NCBI RefSeq assembly: GCF_044324785.1 | Contig: NZ_CP172127.1 | Strand: one strand, 5' to 3' | DNA from: Escherichia coli | GTDB taxonomy: Bacteria; Pseudomonadota; Gammaproteobacteria; Enterobacterales; Enterobacteriaceae | DNA: 64,000 bases | Part shown: positions 32,040 to 43,320 of the stretch, piece by piece | How the letters are laid out: each line of letters opens with the position of its first letter | Position numbering within the stretch: position 1 is the stretch's first letter | Position numbers and translations under genes: made by a program | The notes under the pieces: generated by a model | The model's input: only the letters and a program-made list of their open reading frames with translations | What the model was told of the DNA's origin: nothing | Database searches by the model: none

Positions 32040-32199
32040 ACGCTAATTCCTGTTACTCTGGTATGCCATTCAGTATGCCATTAGTCTCTCACTTCACTAA
32101 GAATACATTAGATAACATCGGACAGAAAAAATTGTAATGCATTGTTTATAATAAGGTTATATAACACTCCCGGATTAAGTCAGATTTATTTCAGGCGGT

Positions 32200-32260
32200 C
32201 CCCCTCACCGCCATATTTAAAGAAAAGCTCGTACGAAAGTACGGGCTTTTTTTTCGCATA
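32200..32260 (+). repeat. att-type direct repeat copy 1: tRNA-Ser 3'-end fragment (CCCCCTCACCGCCA) plus terminator hairpin and T-run
   Basis: About 95% identical to copy 2 over ~58 bp; no tRNA body upstream. Confidence 0.7.
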
Positions 32261-32378
32261 TTGCACTCCAGGGGGGATGAGAAGCCCCGACCGGGGTTCG
32301 ACAACTGGCGCAGCCAGTTGGACAGACCACGAACGCAGTGAGTGGGCTGCCCGCAGGGCGAGCGAAGCGAGTCTATCC

Positions 32379-32436
32379 CCCCCTCACCGCCATATTTAAA
32401 GAAGAGCTCGTACGAAAGTACGAGTTTTTTTTCGCA
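32379..32436 (+). repeat. att-type direct repeat copy 2 (chromosome-proximal): last ~18 nt of a serW-type tRNA-Ser plus its terminator
   Basis: ATCCCCCCCTCACCGCCA followed by hairpin GCTCGTAC-GAAA-GTACGAG and T8; sequence upstream does not fold as or match a tRNA. Confidence 0.7.
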
Positions 32437-32610
32437 TTTTATCTGCCTGTACGGCAGTGAACTCAAATACTACACGTTTAGTCCGTTATTAATAAAGCAA
32501 AGCCATCTCATTTTCCTGCTACCACCCTTTTTTATCCTTACCTTCCCGCAGCACTAATTATCAACAACTTACCATCATCATCAAAAAAAGGGTCTGAACC
32601 TCCTCCACCC

Positions 32611-32650
32611 CATAAACAAAAAGTCCGTAACCTCTTTCGAGATTACGGAC
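32611..32650 (-). terminator. Rho-independent terminator downstream of clpA
   Basis: Hairpin GTCCGTAA...TTACGGAC (32623-32650) followed by T-run on the minus-strand transcript. Confidence 0.6.
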
Positions 32651-32675
32651 TTCACCAACCTACCTAACAATTAGA

Positions 32676-34952
32676 TTAATGCGCTGCTTCCGGTTTGTGC
32701 TTTTGCGCACTCTGGAATCCGTAAGTCAGCTCATTTTTCTCTTTATCCAGCGCGACGGTGACCTGACCGCCGTCCACCAGCGAACCAAACAGCAGTTCGT
32801 TGGCGAGCGGTTTTTTCAGGTTGTCCTGGATGACACGCGCCATCGGACGTGCGCCCATTGCCCGATCGTAACCTTTCTCGGCCAGCCAGTTACGCGCTTC
32901 CTGGCTCACTTCCAGAGAAACACCTTTCTGATCCAGCTGAACCTGCAACTCGACGATGAATTTATCCACCACCTGATGGATCACGTCGGTTGACAGATGA
33001 TCGAACCAAATAATGTTGTCGAGACGGTTACGAAACTCCGGCGTAAAGATCTTCTTGATCTCTTCCATCGCATCGGTGCTGTTATCCTGGTGGATAAGAC
33101 CAATCGATTTACGCTCAGTTTCCCGTACCCCGGCGTTGGTGGTCATCACCAATACCACGTTACGGAAGTCCGCTTTGCGTCCGTTGTTATCGGTCAGCGT
33201 ACCGTTGTCCATCACCTGCAACAGAATATTGAACACGTCCGGGTGCGCTTTCTCGATTTCGTCCAGCAGCAGCACCGCATGTGGATGCTTGATGACCGCA
33301 TCAGTCAGCAAACCGCCCTGATCAAAACCAACGTATCCCGGAGGCGCACCAATCAGACGGCTGACGGTATGGCGTTCCATATACTCGGACATATCAAAGC
33401 GCAGAAGCTCAATGCCCAAAGCTTTCGAAAGCTGTACCGTCACCTCTGTTTTCCCGACCCCGGTAGGGCCGGCAAACAGGAACGAACCGACCGGTTTATG
33501 TTCGTGACCTAAACCTGCACGCGCCATCTTAATGGCTTCAGTCAGCGCCTCAATGGCTTTATCCTGACCGAAGACCAGCATTTTCAGGCGATCGCCGAGG
33601 TTTTTCAGGGTATCGCGGTCACTCTGAGAAACACTCTTCTCTGGAATGCGCGCAATACGGGCCACCACGGACTCAATATCCGCCACATTAACGGTTTTCT
33701 TGCGTTTGCTTACCGGCATCAGGCGTGCGCGAGCGCCCGCTTCGTCGATAACGTCAATGGCTTTATCCGGCAGATGACGATCGTTAATGTATTTCACCGC
33801 CAGCTCTACCGCTGCACGCACCGCTTTTGCGGTATAACGCACGTCGTGGTGCGCTTCATACTTCGGTTTCAGGCCATTGATGATTTGAACAGTTTCTTCG
33901 ATCGACGGTTCAGTAATATCAATTTTCTGGAAGCGACGCGCCAGAGCACGGTCTTTCTCGAAAATGTTGCTGAACTCCTGATAGGTTGTCGAACCAATTA
34001 CGCGAATTTTACCGCTGGAGAGCAACGGTTTGATTAGGTTAGCCGCATCGACCTGGCCACCAGACGCTGCACCCGCACCGATAATGGTGTGGATCTCATC
34101 AATAAACAGGATGCTGTTAGTGTCCTGCTCCAGCTGCTTGAGCAACGCTTTAAAACGTTTTTCAAAGTCGCCGCGATATTTTGTGCCCGCTAACAGAGAA
34201 CCGATATCGAGAGAGTAAATCGTACAGTCAGCCATCACTTCCGGCACATCGCCCTGAACAATTCGCCAGGCAAGACCTTCCGCAATCGCGGTTTTACCGA
34301 CACCAGATTCCCCCACCAGCAGCGGGTTGTTTTTACGGCGACGGCAGAGAACCTGAATAGCACGCTCCAGCTCCTTCTCACGACCAATCAGTGGGTCGAT
34401 TCCGCCCACACGCGCAAGCTGATTCAGGTTCGTCGTGAAATTCTCCATACGTTCCTCCCCACCAGCTTGTTCTTCGCTGTTTGGCTGGCTGCCAGGATCA
34501 GAAGACTGTGTCGGCTCGTCTTTACGCGTGCCATGAGAGATAAAGTTCACCACATCGAGACGGCTGACTTCATGTTTACGCAACAGATATGCCGCCTGCG
34601 ACTCCTGTTCGCTAAAGATAGCGACCAGAACGTTTGCACCGGTAACCTCATTGCGACCGGAGGACTGGACATGGAAGACCGCACGTTGCAGTACACGCTG
34701 AAAACTCAGCGTCGGCTGTGTGTCGCGCTCCTCTTCACTGGCAGGCAGAACGGGTGTGGTTTGTTCAATAAAGGCTTCCAGTTCCTGACGGAGCGCAACC
34801 AAATCCACAGAACACGCTTCCAGCGCCTCCCGGGCAGATGGGTTACTGAGCAGCGCCAGTAACAAGTGCTCGACGGTCATAAACTCATGACGGTGCTCGC
34901 GCGCTCTGGCGAAAGCCATATTTAAACTGAGTTCCAGTTCTTGATTGAGCAT
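32676..34952 (-). CDS. clpA: ATP-dependent Clp protease ATP-binding subunit ClpA
   Basis: 758-aa product from [24 protein letters not shown]... with two AAA+ modules; the track ORF has a 5-codon upstream extension. Confidence 0.97.
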   Translation of the reverse strand: MLNQELELSLNMAFARAREHRHEFMTVEHLLLALLSNPSAREALEACSVDLVALRQELEAFIEQTTPVLPASEEERDTQPTLSFQRVLQRAVFHVQSSGRNEVTGANVLVAIFSEQESQAAYLLRKHEVSRLDVVNFISHGTRKDEPTQSSDPGSQPNSEEQAGGEERMENFTTNLNQLARVGGIDPLIGREKELERAIQVLCRRRKNNPLLVGESGVGKTAIAEGLAWRIVQGDVPEVMADCTIYSLDIGSLLAGTKYRGDFEKRFKALLKQLEQDTNSILFIDEIHTIIGAGAASGGQVDAANLIKPLLSSGKIRVIGSTTYQEFSNIFEKDRALARRFQKIDITEPSIEETVQIINGLKPKYEAHHDVRYTAKAVRAAVELAVKYINDRHLPDKAIDVIDEAGARARLMPVSKRKKTVNVADIESVVARIARIPEKSVSQSDRDTLKNLGDRLKMLVFGQDKAIEALTEAIKMARAGLGHEHKPVGSFLFAGPTGVGKTEVTVQLSKALGIELLRFDMSEYMERHTVSRLIGAPPGYVGFDQGGLLTDAVIKHPHAVLLLDEIEKAHPDVFNILLQVMDNGTLTDNNGRKADFRNVVLVMTTNAGVRETERKSIGLIHQDNSTDAMEEIKKIFTPEFRNRLDNIIWFDHLSTDVIHQVVDKFIVELQVQLDQKGVSLEVSQEARNWLAEKGYDRAMGARPMARVIQDNLKKPLANELLFGSLVDGGQVTVALDKEKNELTYGFQSAQKHKPEAAH

Positions 34953-34982
34953 AGGCACCTCCCCCAATTTTTATGCCTGCAT

Positions 34983-35303
34983 TCAGGCTTTTTCTAGCGT
35001 ACACAGCAATGGATGCTCATTCTCCCTCGCGTACTTGTTCACCATCGCCACTTTGGTTTCTGCAACCTCGGCGGTAAAGACTCCGCAAATGGCCTTCCCC
35101 TGGTAGTGAACAGCGAGCATCAATTGCGTTGCACGTTCTACATCATAAGAAAAGAATTTTTGTAACACGTCAATAACAAACTCCATCGGAGTGTAATCAT
35201 CATTGACTAATATCACTTTATACATAGATGGCGGTTTTAGCGCGTCGCGAACTTTTTCTTCCGCCAGTTGATCAAAGTCCAGCCAGTCGTTCGTTTTACC
35301 CAT
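34983..35303 (-). CDS. clpS: ClpS adaptor protein
   Basis: 106 aa [47 protein letters not shown]... Confidence 0.97.
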
Positions 35304-35625
35304 TGTCAGTTATCATCTTCGGTTACGGTTATCGGCAGAACGCCCTGCCGCTGACAAGAGCTTATTTGCCTGACCAATCTACTCCACATGATAGATAACT
35401 ATCATCTATCGTTGGCATCAGCGACATCTGTCACATTCCTGTCAATAGCGTTAACTGCTTCAAATTTTTGATTCATACCTGCCCCCTGGCCCCTGTCAAA
35501 TGCTTGACGGCTCGCCCTAATTCTCTAAATTGTATTTCTAGAGTTGGCGAGGTTTTGAACAGCCCCCTCTCTGACCCCGGTTTATTCCATCTTACTTGTA
35601 TAAGATTTGCGAAGGATGTCGAAGC

Positions 35626-35850
35626 ATGGAAAAGGGTACTGTTAAGTGGTTCAACAATGCCAAAGGGTTTGGTTTCATCTGCCCTGAAGGCGGCGGCGAA
35701 GATATTTTCGCTCATTATTCCACCATTCAGATGGATGGTTACAGAACGCTAAAAGCTGGACAATCCGTTCAGTTTGATGTCCACCAGGGGCCAAAAGGCA
35801 ATCACGCCAGTGTTATTGTGCCCGTCGAAGTAGAAGCAGCAGTCGCATAG
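35626..35850 (+). CDS. cspD: Cold-shock-like protein CspD (stationary-phase replication inhibitor)
   Basis: 74 aa MEKGTVKWFNNAKGFGFICPEGGGEDIFAHYSTIQMDGYRTLKAGQSVQFDVHQGPKGNHASVIVPVEVEAAVA. Confidence 0.97.
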   Translation: MEKGTVKWFNNAKGFGFICPEGGGEDIFAHYSTIQMDGYRTLKAGQSVQFDVHQGPKGNHASVIVPVEVEAAVA

Positions 35851-35886
35851 CTCTTCTGTCTCATTGTGTACATCCTAAAGGCAAAA

Positions 35887-35912
35887 TGCCAGCCCGATCG
35901 GCTGGCATTTTT
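35887..35912. terminator. Bidirectional rho-independent terminator between convergent cspD and macB
   Basis: Hairpin TGCCAGCC-CGATC-GGCTGGCA flanked by A-run upstream and T-run downstream. Confidence 0.6.
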
Positions 35913-35922
35913 ATCTCAAAAA

Positions 35923-37869
35923 TTACTCTCGTGCCAGAGCATCTACTGGATCCAGTCGTGCCGCATTTCGTGCGGGTAACCAGCCAAATAAAATCCCGGT
36001 GACCGTCGAGCAGAGAAACGCCAGCAGCAGCGCCAACGGTGAAAAACCAATCTCCCAGCCGGGTAAGAAAAGCTGTAAGGTGAAAGCAATTAACAGTGAC
36101 AGTGTTATTCCCAACGCGCCACCGACCAGGCAAACCAGTACGGCTTCGATCAGAAACTGTTGCAAAACATCGCTTGCTCGCGCACCTACAGCCATGCGAA
36201 TGCCAATTTCCCGCGTCCGCTCGGTCACTGACACCAGCATAATATTCATTACACCAATACCGCCCACCACTAGCGAAATCACCGCCACCAGCGTCAGAAA
36301 CAGTTGTAAAGTACGTGTGGTCTTTTCAACGGTTTTCAAGACGCCGTCCATGTTCCAGGTAAAGAAATCCTTCTTACCGTGACGCAGTGAAAGTAAACGC
36401 GTGAGTTGCTGTTCCGCCTCGGCGCTGTCAAATCCTTCTTTCACCCTGACAGTAATGGAGTTCAGCCACGACTGGCCCATAACTCGCCCGGACATCGTGC
36501 TGTAAGGTAGCCAGACACGCAGCACTTTACTGCTACCAAACATCGACTGTTTTTCTTCCGCCACACCAATGACTCTGGCGGGCATATTGCCGACCAGAAT
36601 CACCTCGCCAACCACATCTGCTTTATGGGGGAAAAGCTGGCGACGAGTATTACTGTCGAGAACCACGACCTGCGCACGACCGTTCAGCTGCTCCTGATTA
36701 AAGGTGTTCCCTTCACTGAAGGTCATGCCATAGACATTAAAATAATCGCCGCTCACGCCATTGGCACTGGCAGCCACATCAACATTGTTATAACGCAGGC
36801 GCAGGTTTTGCGAGACGGCAGGTGTGGCTGAGGCGACCCACGGTTGTTTTTGGATGGCGATTAAGTCGTCGTACTTCAGCGCCTGCTGATATTGCGGATC
36901 GTCATCGCCAAAATCTTTCCCGGGATAGACATCAATAGTATTCGTACCAATAGAACGAATATCCGCCAGCACCATTTGTTTGGCGGCGTCACCCACCACG
37001 ACAATGGAAACCACCGACGCAATACCGATAATAATCCCCAGCATGGTCAGTAAAGTACGCATTTTATTCGCTGCCAGCGCCCGCCATGCCATCGTCAGCG
37101 CCTCGTTAAAACCACTGACAAACTGCCGCCAGCCAGACGCCGTGTTGACAGCAGGTTCCGTCCCGCCAGCAACATTCACTTTTTCAATGGCGGGAGGATT
37201 GCGCACAATTTCGCCGTCGCGAATTTCGATCACCCGCTCGGCCTGAGCAGCGACCTGCGGATCGTGGGTAACGATAATCACCGTATGCCCGCGATCGCGC
37301 AGCTGATGCAGGATCGCCATCACCTCTTCGCCAGAATGGCTGTCCAGTGCGCCGGTCGGTTCATCGGCAAGAATTACCTGACCGCCGTTCATCAATGCCC
37401 GCGCGATGCTGACGCGCTGTTGCTGACCACCCGAAAGCTGTGCCGGATAATACTCTGTACGGTCTTCCAGCCCCAGTCGTTGCAGCAACTCCTGGGCGCG
37501 AAGCAGCCGCTGTTTCCGCTCAAGACCAGCATAGACGGCGGGTACTTCAACGTTCTGCTCGGCGGTTAAATGCGAAAGCAAATGGTAACGCTGGAAAATA
37601 AAGCCGAAATGCTCGCGGCGTAGTTGCGCCAGCGCATCGGCGTCCAGCGTGGCAACATCCTGACCGGCGACGCGATAGGTGCCGCTGGTGGCCTTATCCA
37701 GACAGCCGAGAATATTCATCAGGGTCGATTTGCCGGAACCCGAAGCGCCAACAATCGCCACCATCTCACCCGCATAAATATCGAGGCTGATGCCCTTCAG
37801 CACCTCAACCTGCTCATCACCGGCAGGATAGCTGCGACGAATATCCTTTAATTCGAGCAAAGGCGTCAT
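35923..37869 (-). CDS. macB: Macrolide export ABC transporter MacB (fused ATPase/permease)
   Basis: 648 aa; Walker [10 protein letters not shown]; C-terminal FtsX-type permease; start overlaps macA stop. Confidence 0.95.
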   Translation of the reverse strand: MTPLLELKDIRRSYPAGDEQVEVLKGISLDIYAGEMVAIVGASGSGKSTLMNILGCLDKATSGTYRVAGQDVATLDADALAQLRREHFGFIFQRYHLLSHLTAEQNVEVPAVYAGLERKQRLLRAQELLQRLGLEDRTEYYPAQLSGGQQQRVSIARALMNGGQVILADEPTGALDSHSGEEVMAILHQLRDRGHTVIIVTHDPQVAAQAERVIEIRDGEIVRNPPAIEKVNVAGGTEPAVNTASGWRQFVSGFNEALTMAWRALAANKMRTLLTMLGIIIGIASVVSIVVVGDAAKQMVLADIRSIGTNTIDVYPGKDFGDDDPQYQQALKYDDLIAIQKQPWVASATPAVSQNLRLRYNNVDVAASANGVSGDYFNVYGMTFSEGNTFNQEQLNGRAQVVVLDSNTRRQLFPHKADVVGEVILVGNMPARVIGVAEEKQSMFGSSKVLRVWLPYSTMSGRVMGQSWLNSITVRVKEGFDSAEAEQQLTRLLSLRHGKKDFFTWNMDGVLKTVEKTTRTLQLFLTLVAVISLVVGGIGVMNIMLVSVTERTREIGIRMAVGARASDVLQQFLIEAVLVCLVGGALGITLSLLIAFTLQLFLPGWEIGFSPLALLLAFLCSTVTGILFGWLPARNAARLDPVDALARE

Positions 37870-38981
37870 TGTGCAGCTCCTGGTTTGGCCTCACCAATCA
37901 CCACTTCATCGCCCGCTTCCAGCCCTTTGACAATCTCAACATCGGTATCGTTACGTGCGCCAATCGTCACTTCACGCTCGCGTGTTTCACCATTACGCAA
38001 CAATTTGACTTTATAACGATTATCGCCAACCGGATCGCCTAACGCCGACAGAGGGATCGTCAGCACATTTTTCACATCGGTGAGCTGAATATGCACTTGC
38101 GCAGTCATATCCAGCCGCAGCAAACCATTGGGGTTGGGGACTTCAAAACGGGCGTAATAGAAAATAGCGTCGTTAACCTTTTCCGGCGTCGGTAGTACAT
38201 CCTTGATTTGCCCCTCGTAGCGCGTCAGTGGATCGCCAAGTACCGTAAACCAGGCTTTTTGCCCCGGCTTCAGGTGGATTACATCCGCTTCAGAAACCTG
38301 CGCTTTTACCAGCATGGTGCTCATATCTGCCAGCGTCAGAATGTTCGGTGCTTGTTGTGCGGCAATCACCGTCTGGCCTTGCAGAGTGGTGATTTGCGTG
38401 ACTTCCCCGGCCATCGGAGCAACGATGCGGGTGTAATCGAGATTGGTTTTAGCCGTATCGAGAGAGGCCTGATTGCGCTTGATTTGCGCGTCAATGGTGC
38501 CAATTTGCGCCTGTTTCACAGCCATCTCCGTCGCGGCGGTATCGAGATCTTGCTGTGAAACCGCTTGCGTTTGTGCAAGACGTTGCTGACGGGAATACGT
38601 CACCCGCGCCAGTTTCAGCTCCGCTTCCGCCTGCTGCCGCTGCGCGCGTAGCTCCATCAGCGTTGCTTCGACCTCCTTGATCTGGTTTTCAGCCTGTTCA
38701 GGATCAATAACCCCTAAAAGCTGGTCTTTTTTAACTTTATCGCCAATCGCTACCGACAGCGTTTTCAACTGACCGCTGACCTGCGCGCCCACGTCAACCT
38801 TACGCAGCGCGTCCAGCTTTCCGGTCGCCAGCACGCTTTGCTGTAAATCACCGGGGCGCACAATCAGCGTCTGATAAGTCGGAACGGGTGCGTTAAGAAT
38901 TCTCCATAATGTAATCAGTCCGGCGATGACTATCACCAGCGCAATAACGTAACGCTTCTTCACGGTTTGCCGCTTTTTCAT
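37866..38981 (-). CDS. macA: Macrolide export membrane fusion protein MacA
   Basis: 371 aa from [18 protein letters not shown]...; the track ORF has a 9-codon upstream extension. Confidence 0.95.
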   Translation of the reverse strand: MKKRQTVKKRYVIALVIVIAGLITLWRILNAPVPTYQTLIVRPGDLQQSVLATGKLDALRKVDVGAQVSGQLKTLSVAIGDKVKKDQLLGVIDPEQAENQIKEVEATLMELRAQRQQAEAELKLARVTYSRQQRLAQTQAVSQQDLDTAATEMAVKQAQIGTIDAQIKRNQASLDTAKTNLDYTRIVAPMAGEVTQITTLQGQTVIAAQQAPNILTLADMSTMLVKAQVSEADVIHLKPGQKAWFTVLGDPLTRYEGQIKDVLPTPEKVNDAIFYYARFEVPNPNGLLRLDMTAQVHIQLTDVKNVLTIPLSALGDPVGDNRYKVKLLRNGETREREVTIGARNDTDVEIVKGLEAGDEVVIGEAKPGAAQ

Positions 38982-39095
38982 AAATATTCTGAATACTCCA
39001 TATGCCAATCCGGGTCATTAACTTCAACGAAATATCAACAAAACCCTAAAATTTACGTTAGTAATCACACTATTGATGTTTGGTTAAGATACGCA

Positions 39096-40088
39096 ATGGT
39101 GAAATCGACGTCATGTATAACCATTGATTTCATGAATATGTCGCAGCTAACTGAACGGACCTTTACGCCATCTGAATCTCTCAGCAGCCTGTCACTTTTT
39201 CTTAGTCTGGCACGTGGACAGTGTCGGCCGGGTAAATTCTGGCATCGCCGTAGTTTTCGCCAGAAATTTTTGCTGCGCTCGTTGATTATGCCGCGTTTAA
39301 GCGTTGAGTGGATGAACGAACTTTCCCACTGGCCTAATCTCAATGTGTTGTTAACGCGCCAGCCGCGACTGCCTGTGCGTCTGCATCGCCCTTACCTTGC
39401 GGCGAATCTTAGCCGTAAGCAATTGCTGGAGGCGTTACGTTACCATTATGCGTTACTCCGCGGGTGTATGTCGGCGGAAGAATTCAGCTTATATTTGAAT
39501 ACCCCCGGGCTGCAACTGGCGAAGCTGGAAGGCAAAAACGGCGAGCAGTTCACACTTGAGCTGACCATGATGATCTCAATGGATAAAGAAGGTGACAGCA
39601 CAATCCTGTTCCGCAACAGCGAAGGTATTCCTCTGGCAGAGATCACGTTTACCCTGTGTGAATATCAGGGGAAAAGAACAATGTTTATTGGCGGACTGCA
39701 AGGCGCAAAATGGGAAATTCCACATCAGGAAATCCAGAATGCGACGAAAGCCTGCCACGGGCTATTTCCCAAACGCCTCGTGATGGAAGCGGCCTGTCTG
39801 TTTGCCCAACGTTTGCAGGTAGAGCAGATTATTGCCGTCAGCAATGAAACGCATATTTACCGCAGCCTGCGTTATCGTGATAAAGAAGGCAAGATCCATG
39901 CTGATTACAACGCTTTCTGGGAGTCGGTTGGCGGCGTATGTGATGCTGAACGCCATTACCGCCTTCCAGCACAGATAGCACGAAAAGAGATTGCCGAAAT
40001 CGCCAGTAAAAAACGGGCTGAATACCGTCGGCGCTATGAGATGCTCGACGCTATTCAGCCACAAATGGCCACGATGTTTCGCGGTTAA
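39096..40088 (+). CDS. ybjX: YbjX (VirK-like, DUF535) protein
   Basis: Product from MVKSTSCITIDFMNMSQLTERTF... (330 aa); start could alternatively be the ATG at 39132. Confidence 0.85.
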   Translation: MVKSTSCITIDFMNMSQLTERTFTPSESLSSLSLFLSLARGQCRPGKFWHRRSFRQKFLLRSLIMPRLSVEWMNELSHWPNLNVLLTRQPRLPVRLHRPYLAANLSRKQLLEALRYHYALLRGCMSAEEFSLYLNTPGLQLAKLEGKNGEQFTLELTMMISMDKEGDSTILFRNSEGIPLAEITFTLCEYQGKRTMFIGGLQGAKWEIPHQEIQNATKACHGLFPKRLVMEAACLFAQRLQVEQIIAVSNETHIYRSLRYRDKEGKIHADYNAFWESVGGVCDAERHYRLPAQIARKEIAEIASKKRAEYRRRYEMLDAIQPQMATMFRG

Positions 40089-41743
40089 TCCGCGCGACCG
40101 CGCGCCAGCCACAGCACGCGTGAGAACATTTTTTTCAGCAGCGTCGGTACGGAGTCCACACCACGACGTCCGGCCTCCATTGCCACTTCAATGGCAAGAT
40201 CGGGTTTGGAAGAGCGATGGATCGCTTTCGAGATAATTTTGCGCAGATTCATCGGTACATTTTCCGGGATTTGCGCCACGCGGTGGAACACATCGGAAAA
40301 TCCCTGGCGATACATAAAATGTTCCATATCCAGCGCCGGTAACGCCGTTAAATGTTCTCGTTCGGCTTCCCGATCGTTATTCAACAGGCTGCGTACCGTA
40401 GCGGCATATTTCTTCCCTGCTTCATCGCCATCGACCAGTACATGCCATTCAATCCCCATTCGCCGGGCAAATTTAACCAGTGGCTTTAGCCCGGACTGGG
40501 CAAACTCAATGACCTTGATCCCTTCGGCATCAAAATGATGTCCGCACTGACGCGCCAGTTCATTGATAACCCAGGTTTCCGTTTCCCCTTCCACCAGCAG
40601 CCAACAACGGGCAAACAGCGATGACGGACGGTTAAAACGAATGTGAAAGGATATGCGTCGGCTATCTTCGGTACTCAAGCCACTCGGTCCCAGACGCCAG
40701 GCGGCAACGCGAGAGGACTCACGTACCAGTCGGCAAACATGCTCTACCGGCGTTAACGAAAGCAACTCTCCCGAGTTGGTAGTAGCGATGCGCTGCAAGG
40801 GCAGAAGATTCAACAGATGCCAGGCAACTGAAAGCATAATGGGGTGTAAACGGGTTTCTGGATCTTCAATCAGCAATAATGGACGGGCGTCTTTATCCAG
40901 CCGCAATGTGCCTTTTGCCTGCAACAAAGTAGCAAACAGGCCGAGCAAAATAACCCGATACGAGCGCCCACCAGGTCGGTCAATCATCCGGTTGATGATA
41001 TCCAGATAGCGCCAGCTTCGTTGCTCATTGCTGGCTCGCCGCCGCATTAAACGATATCGCGCCTGTCCGGCCCCCTGCTCAGAGAAATAATGCTCAAGCA
41101 GCTGTACCATTGCGGAAAGTCCCTGACGAATCTGTCCATCAGAGAGATTTTGCGGATGTGAGGACAACTCACGGGCGAGGAAATCGAGCTGGCGCGCGGT
41201 GACTTCCACATTAGGGACATTTGGCACCGTGCCGTTACGAATACGGCGCATAAAACGGGCATCACGCAAGCGCAGCACCGGCATTAAACGCACCAGATGG
41301 CGTGCCTGATCGTTAATATCCTCGACATCAATCGGATGTCCGTCTTTATCGAGAAAACTGCGCAGTGTCATCACGCTGCCGTCTTCCGCACTCTCCCCTT
41401 CCAGACGATAAAAAATACGGTGATAGCCATCGGTGCATGGCGTCCAGCACGCTTCCAGTGGCCGATAGCGGCGTACCCGATGTCGGCCTGGCAGCGATTC
41501 GCGGAAGGTCAAAATAATATGCAGATGATGTTCTCGCCCGTTGATATCTCCCGGCGGGAACCAGAAATCGTCGCGCTCAAAATGGTAGAGATCTGATTCT
41601 GGCGATAGCAGCAGGGTTAAGGCGTCCAGCAAGCTGGATTTACCCCACGCGTTCTCCCCAATCAGGACGTTGTTTTGTTCCAGCATCAACGACAAACGGT
41701 TGATACCGCGAAAACCCACAATTTCAACGCGCTCAAGAATCAT
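40085..41743 (-). CDS. ybjD: YbjD, OLD-family ATP-dependent endonuclease (AAA ATPase plus Toprim)
   Basis: 552 aa MILERVEIVGFRGINRLSLMLEQNNVLIGENAWGKSSLLDAL...; core-genome position. Confidence 0.9.
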   Translation of the reverse strand: MILERVEIVGFRGINRLSLMLEQNNVLIGENAWGKSSLLDALTLLLSPESDLYHFERDDFWFPPGDINGREHHLHIILTFRESLPGRHRVRRYRPLEACWTPCTDGYHRIFYRLEGESAEDGSVMTLRSFLDKDGHPIDVEDINDQARHLVRLMPVLRLRDARFMRRIRNGTVPNVPNVEVTARQLDFLARELSSHPQNLSDGQIRQGLSAMVQLLEHYFSEQGAGQARYRLMRRRASNEQRSWRYLDIINRMIDRPGGRSYRVILLGLFATLLQAKGTLRLDKDARPLLLIEDPETRLHPIMLSVAWHLLNLLPLQRIATTNSGELLSLTPVEHVCRLVRESSRVAAWRLGPSGLSTEDSRRISFHIRFNRPSSLFARCWLLVEGETETWVINELARQCGHHFDAEGIKVIEFAQSGLKPLVKFARRMGIEWHVLVDGDEAGKKYAATVRSLLNNDREAEREHLTALPALDMEHFMYRQGFSDVFHRVAQIPENVPMNLRKIISKAIHRSSKPDLAIEVAMEAGRRGVDSVPTLLKKMFSRVLWLARGRAD

Positions 41744-42168
41744 ATCCCCTCCAGAAATATGTGACTTATCCTTTACGCTGGCAGTATAACGGGAAAGGCC
41801 TTACTAATACGTGATGACATCACATTTAAGCATGGCAAATGTCTGAAAAATGAGCGAATAATCGCGTTATACTCCCTCTTGCTGATAAGCCTGCAAAAAC
41901 AACAAAATCAAATAATTAGCATGATAAATTATTTTTTATTACGCCTAAAGGATTAAATCTTTCGCTTGCACTACACTGTCAATCAGACAAATGACTATAT
42001 GGGGCAACCCGCTGTTGCCCTAAATCAAATTTACTGGATTTATTTATCTGGCGAATGATTTGCCTTCGTTTTTAAAATAGCCGCGCATTATTTCCGTCGT
42101 CACTTTTTTACGACGACCCTATAAAACGACCATATTTTTCACAGGGTCAATTTTTAATTGAGGTGGAT

Positions 42169-42864
42169 ATGTTCAGAAAATTAGCAGCTGAATGTTTTGG
42201 TACTTTCTGGCTTGTTTTTGGTGGCTGTGGTAGTGCCGTACTGGCCGCAGGCTTCCCGGAATTAGGCATTGGTTTTGCCGGCGTGGCGTTGGCGTTCGGT
42301 CTGACCGTTCTGACGATGGCCTTTGCTGTTGGTCATATTTCTGGTGGTCATTTTAACCCGGCGGTCACTATTGGTTTATGGGCTGGCGGACGTTTCCCGG
42401 CAAAAGAAGTCGTTGGCTACGTAATTGCCCAGGTTGTCGGCGGTATTGTTGCGGCGGCGCTGCTGTATTTAATTGCCAGTGGTAAAACGGGTTTTGACGC
42501 GGCAGCCAGCGGTTTTGCTTCTAACGGTTATGGCGAGCATTCGCCAGGCGGTTATTCCATGCTTTCCGCGCTGGTAGTTGAACTGGTATTGAGTGCAGGT
42601 TTCCTGCTGGTGATCCACGGCGCAACCGACAAATTCGCTCCTGCTGGTTTTGCGCCGATCGCTATTGGTCTGGCCTTAACCCTGATTCACTTAATCAGTA
42701 TTCCGGTGACTAACACTTCTGTTAACCCGGCGCGCAGCACCGCGGTTGCTATCTTCCAGGGCGGCTGGGCATTAGAACAACTGTGGTTCTTCTGGGTGGT
42801 GCCAATTGTCGGCGGTATTATCGGTGGTCTGATTTACCGGACCCTGCTGGAAAAGCGTAATTAA
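42169..42864 (+). CDS. aqpZ: Aquaporin Z
   Basis: [29 protein letters not shown]... with two NPA motifs ([13 protein letters not shown]); the track start at 42163 is an upstream GTG. Confidence 0.95.
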   Translation: MFRKLAAECFGTFWLVFGGCGSAVLAAGFPELGIGFAGVALAFGLTVLTMAFAVGHISGGHFNPAVTIGLWAGGRFPAKEVVGYVIAQVVGGIVAAALLYLIASGKTGFDAAASGFASNGYGEHSPGGYSMLSALVVELVLSAGFLLVIHGATDKFAPAGFAPIAIGLALTLIHLISIPVTNTSVNPARSTAVAIFQGGWALEQLWFFWVVPIVGGIIGGLIYRTLLEKRN

Positions 42865-43320
42865 TTAGCATTGGCATTTTATCTGCCCTGGTTGTTTTAT
42901 CTTCGACGTTACAAACCGCACGGGTGTTGGTGGCGTCAAAATCGCTGAAGCGTTCCCCGAAGGCCGGGGCAGCCCACATGGATGTGGGCTGAGGGCGCGT
43001 CTTACAGGACGTTACCTCGCGCCCGACCCGGTAGCCGAAGGGGATAAGCTGAAGGCACCGCGCAGCGGCGATTTTGTTCGCCAGAGCCCGGGGGTGCAGG
43101 GGGCGGCGGCGACTGGCCGCCCCCTGCGCGCTCCCTGCGCCAGTGGCTTTATATGGCATTGCACATGAAAGGAGCGCAACAATGCTAAACACTCATATAG
43201 AATTAAAAATCCCCCTCTGATGCATAACATTTCCTTTTAATTGCAACTTTACTCGTCCTTCCGCTTTCAGTAGTGTGTCATCGCGCATTTCGACTTCATC
43301 TTTGCAAGGACTGGGTTTTC

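Noticed and set aside
32150-32450. Possible tRNA-Ser gene at the island junction
   Set aside because: Only the 3'-terminal ~14-18 nt of a tRNA-Ser plus terminator are present in each copy; the upstream sequence has no matching acceptor-stem 5' strand (GGTGAGG) or T-arm, so no tRNA gene is called.
42818-43230. Minus-strand ORFs (124 aa and 72 aa) in the aqpZ-ybjE intergenic region
   Set aside because: One overlaps the aqpZ 3' end; both are Ala/Arg/Gly-rich translations of a GC-rich hairpin region; no RBS.
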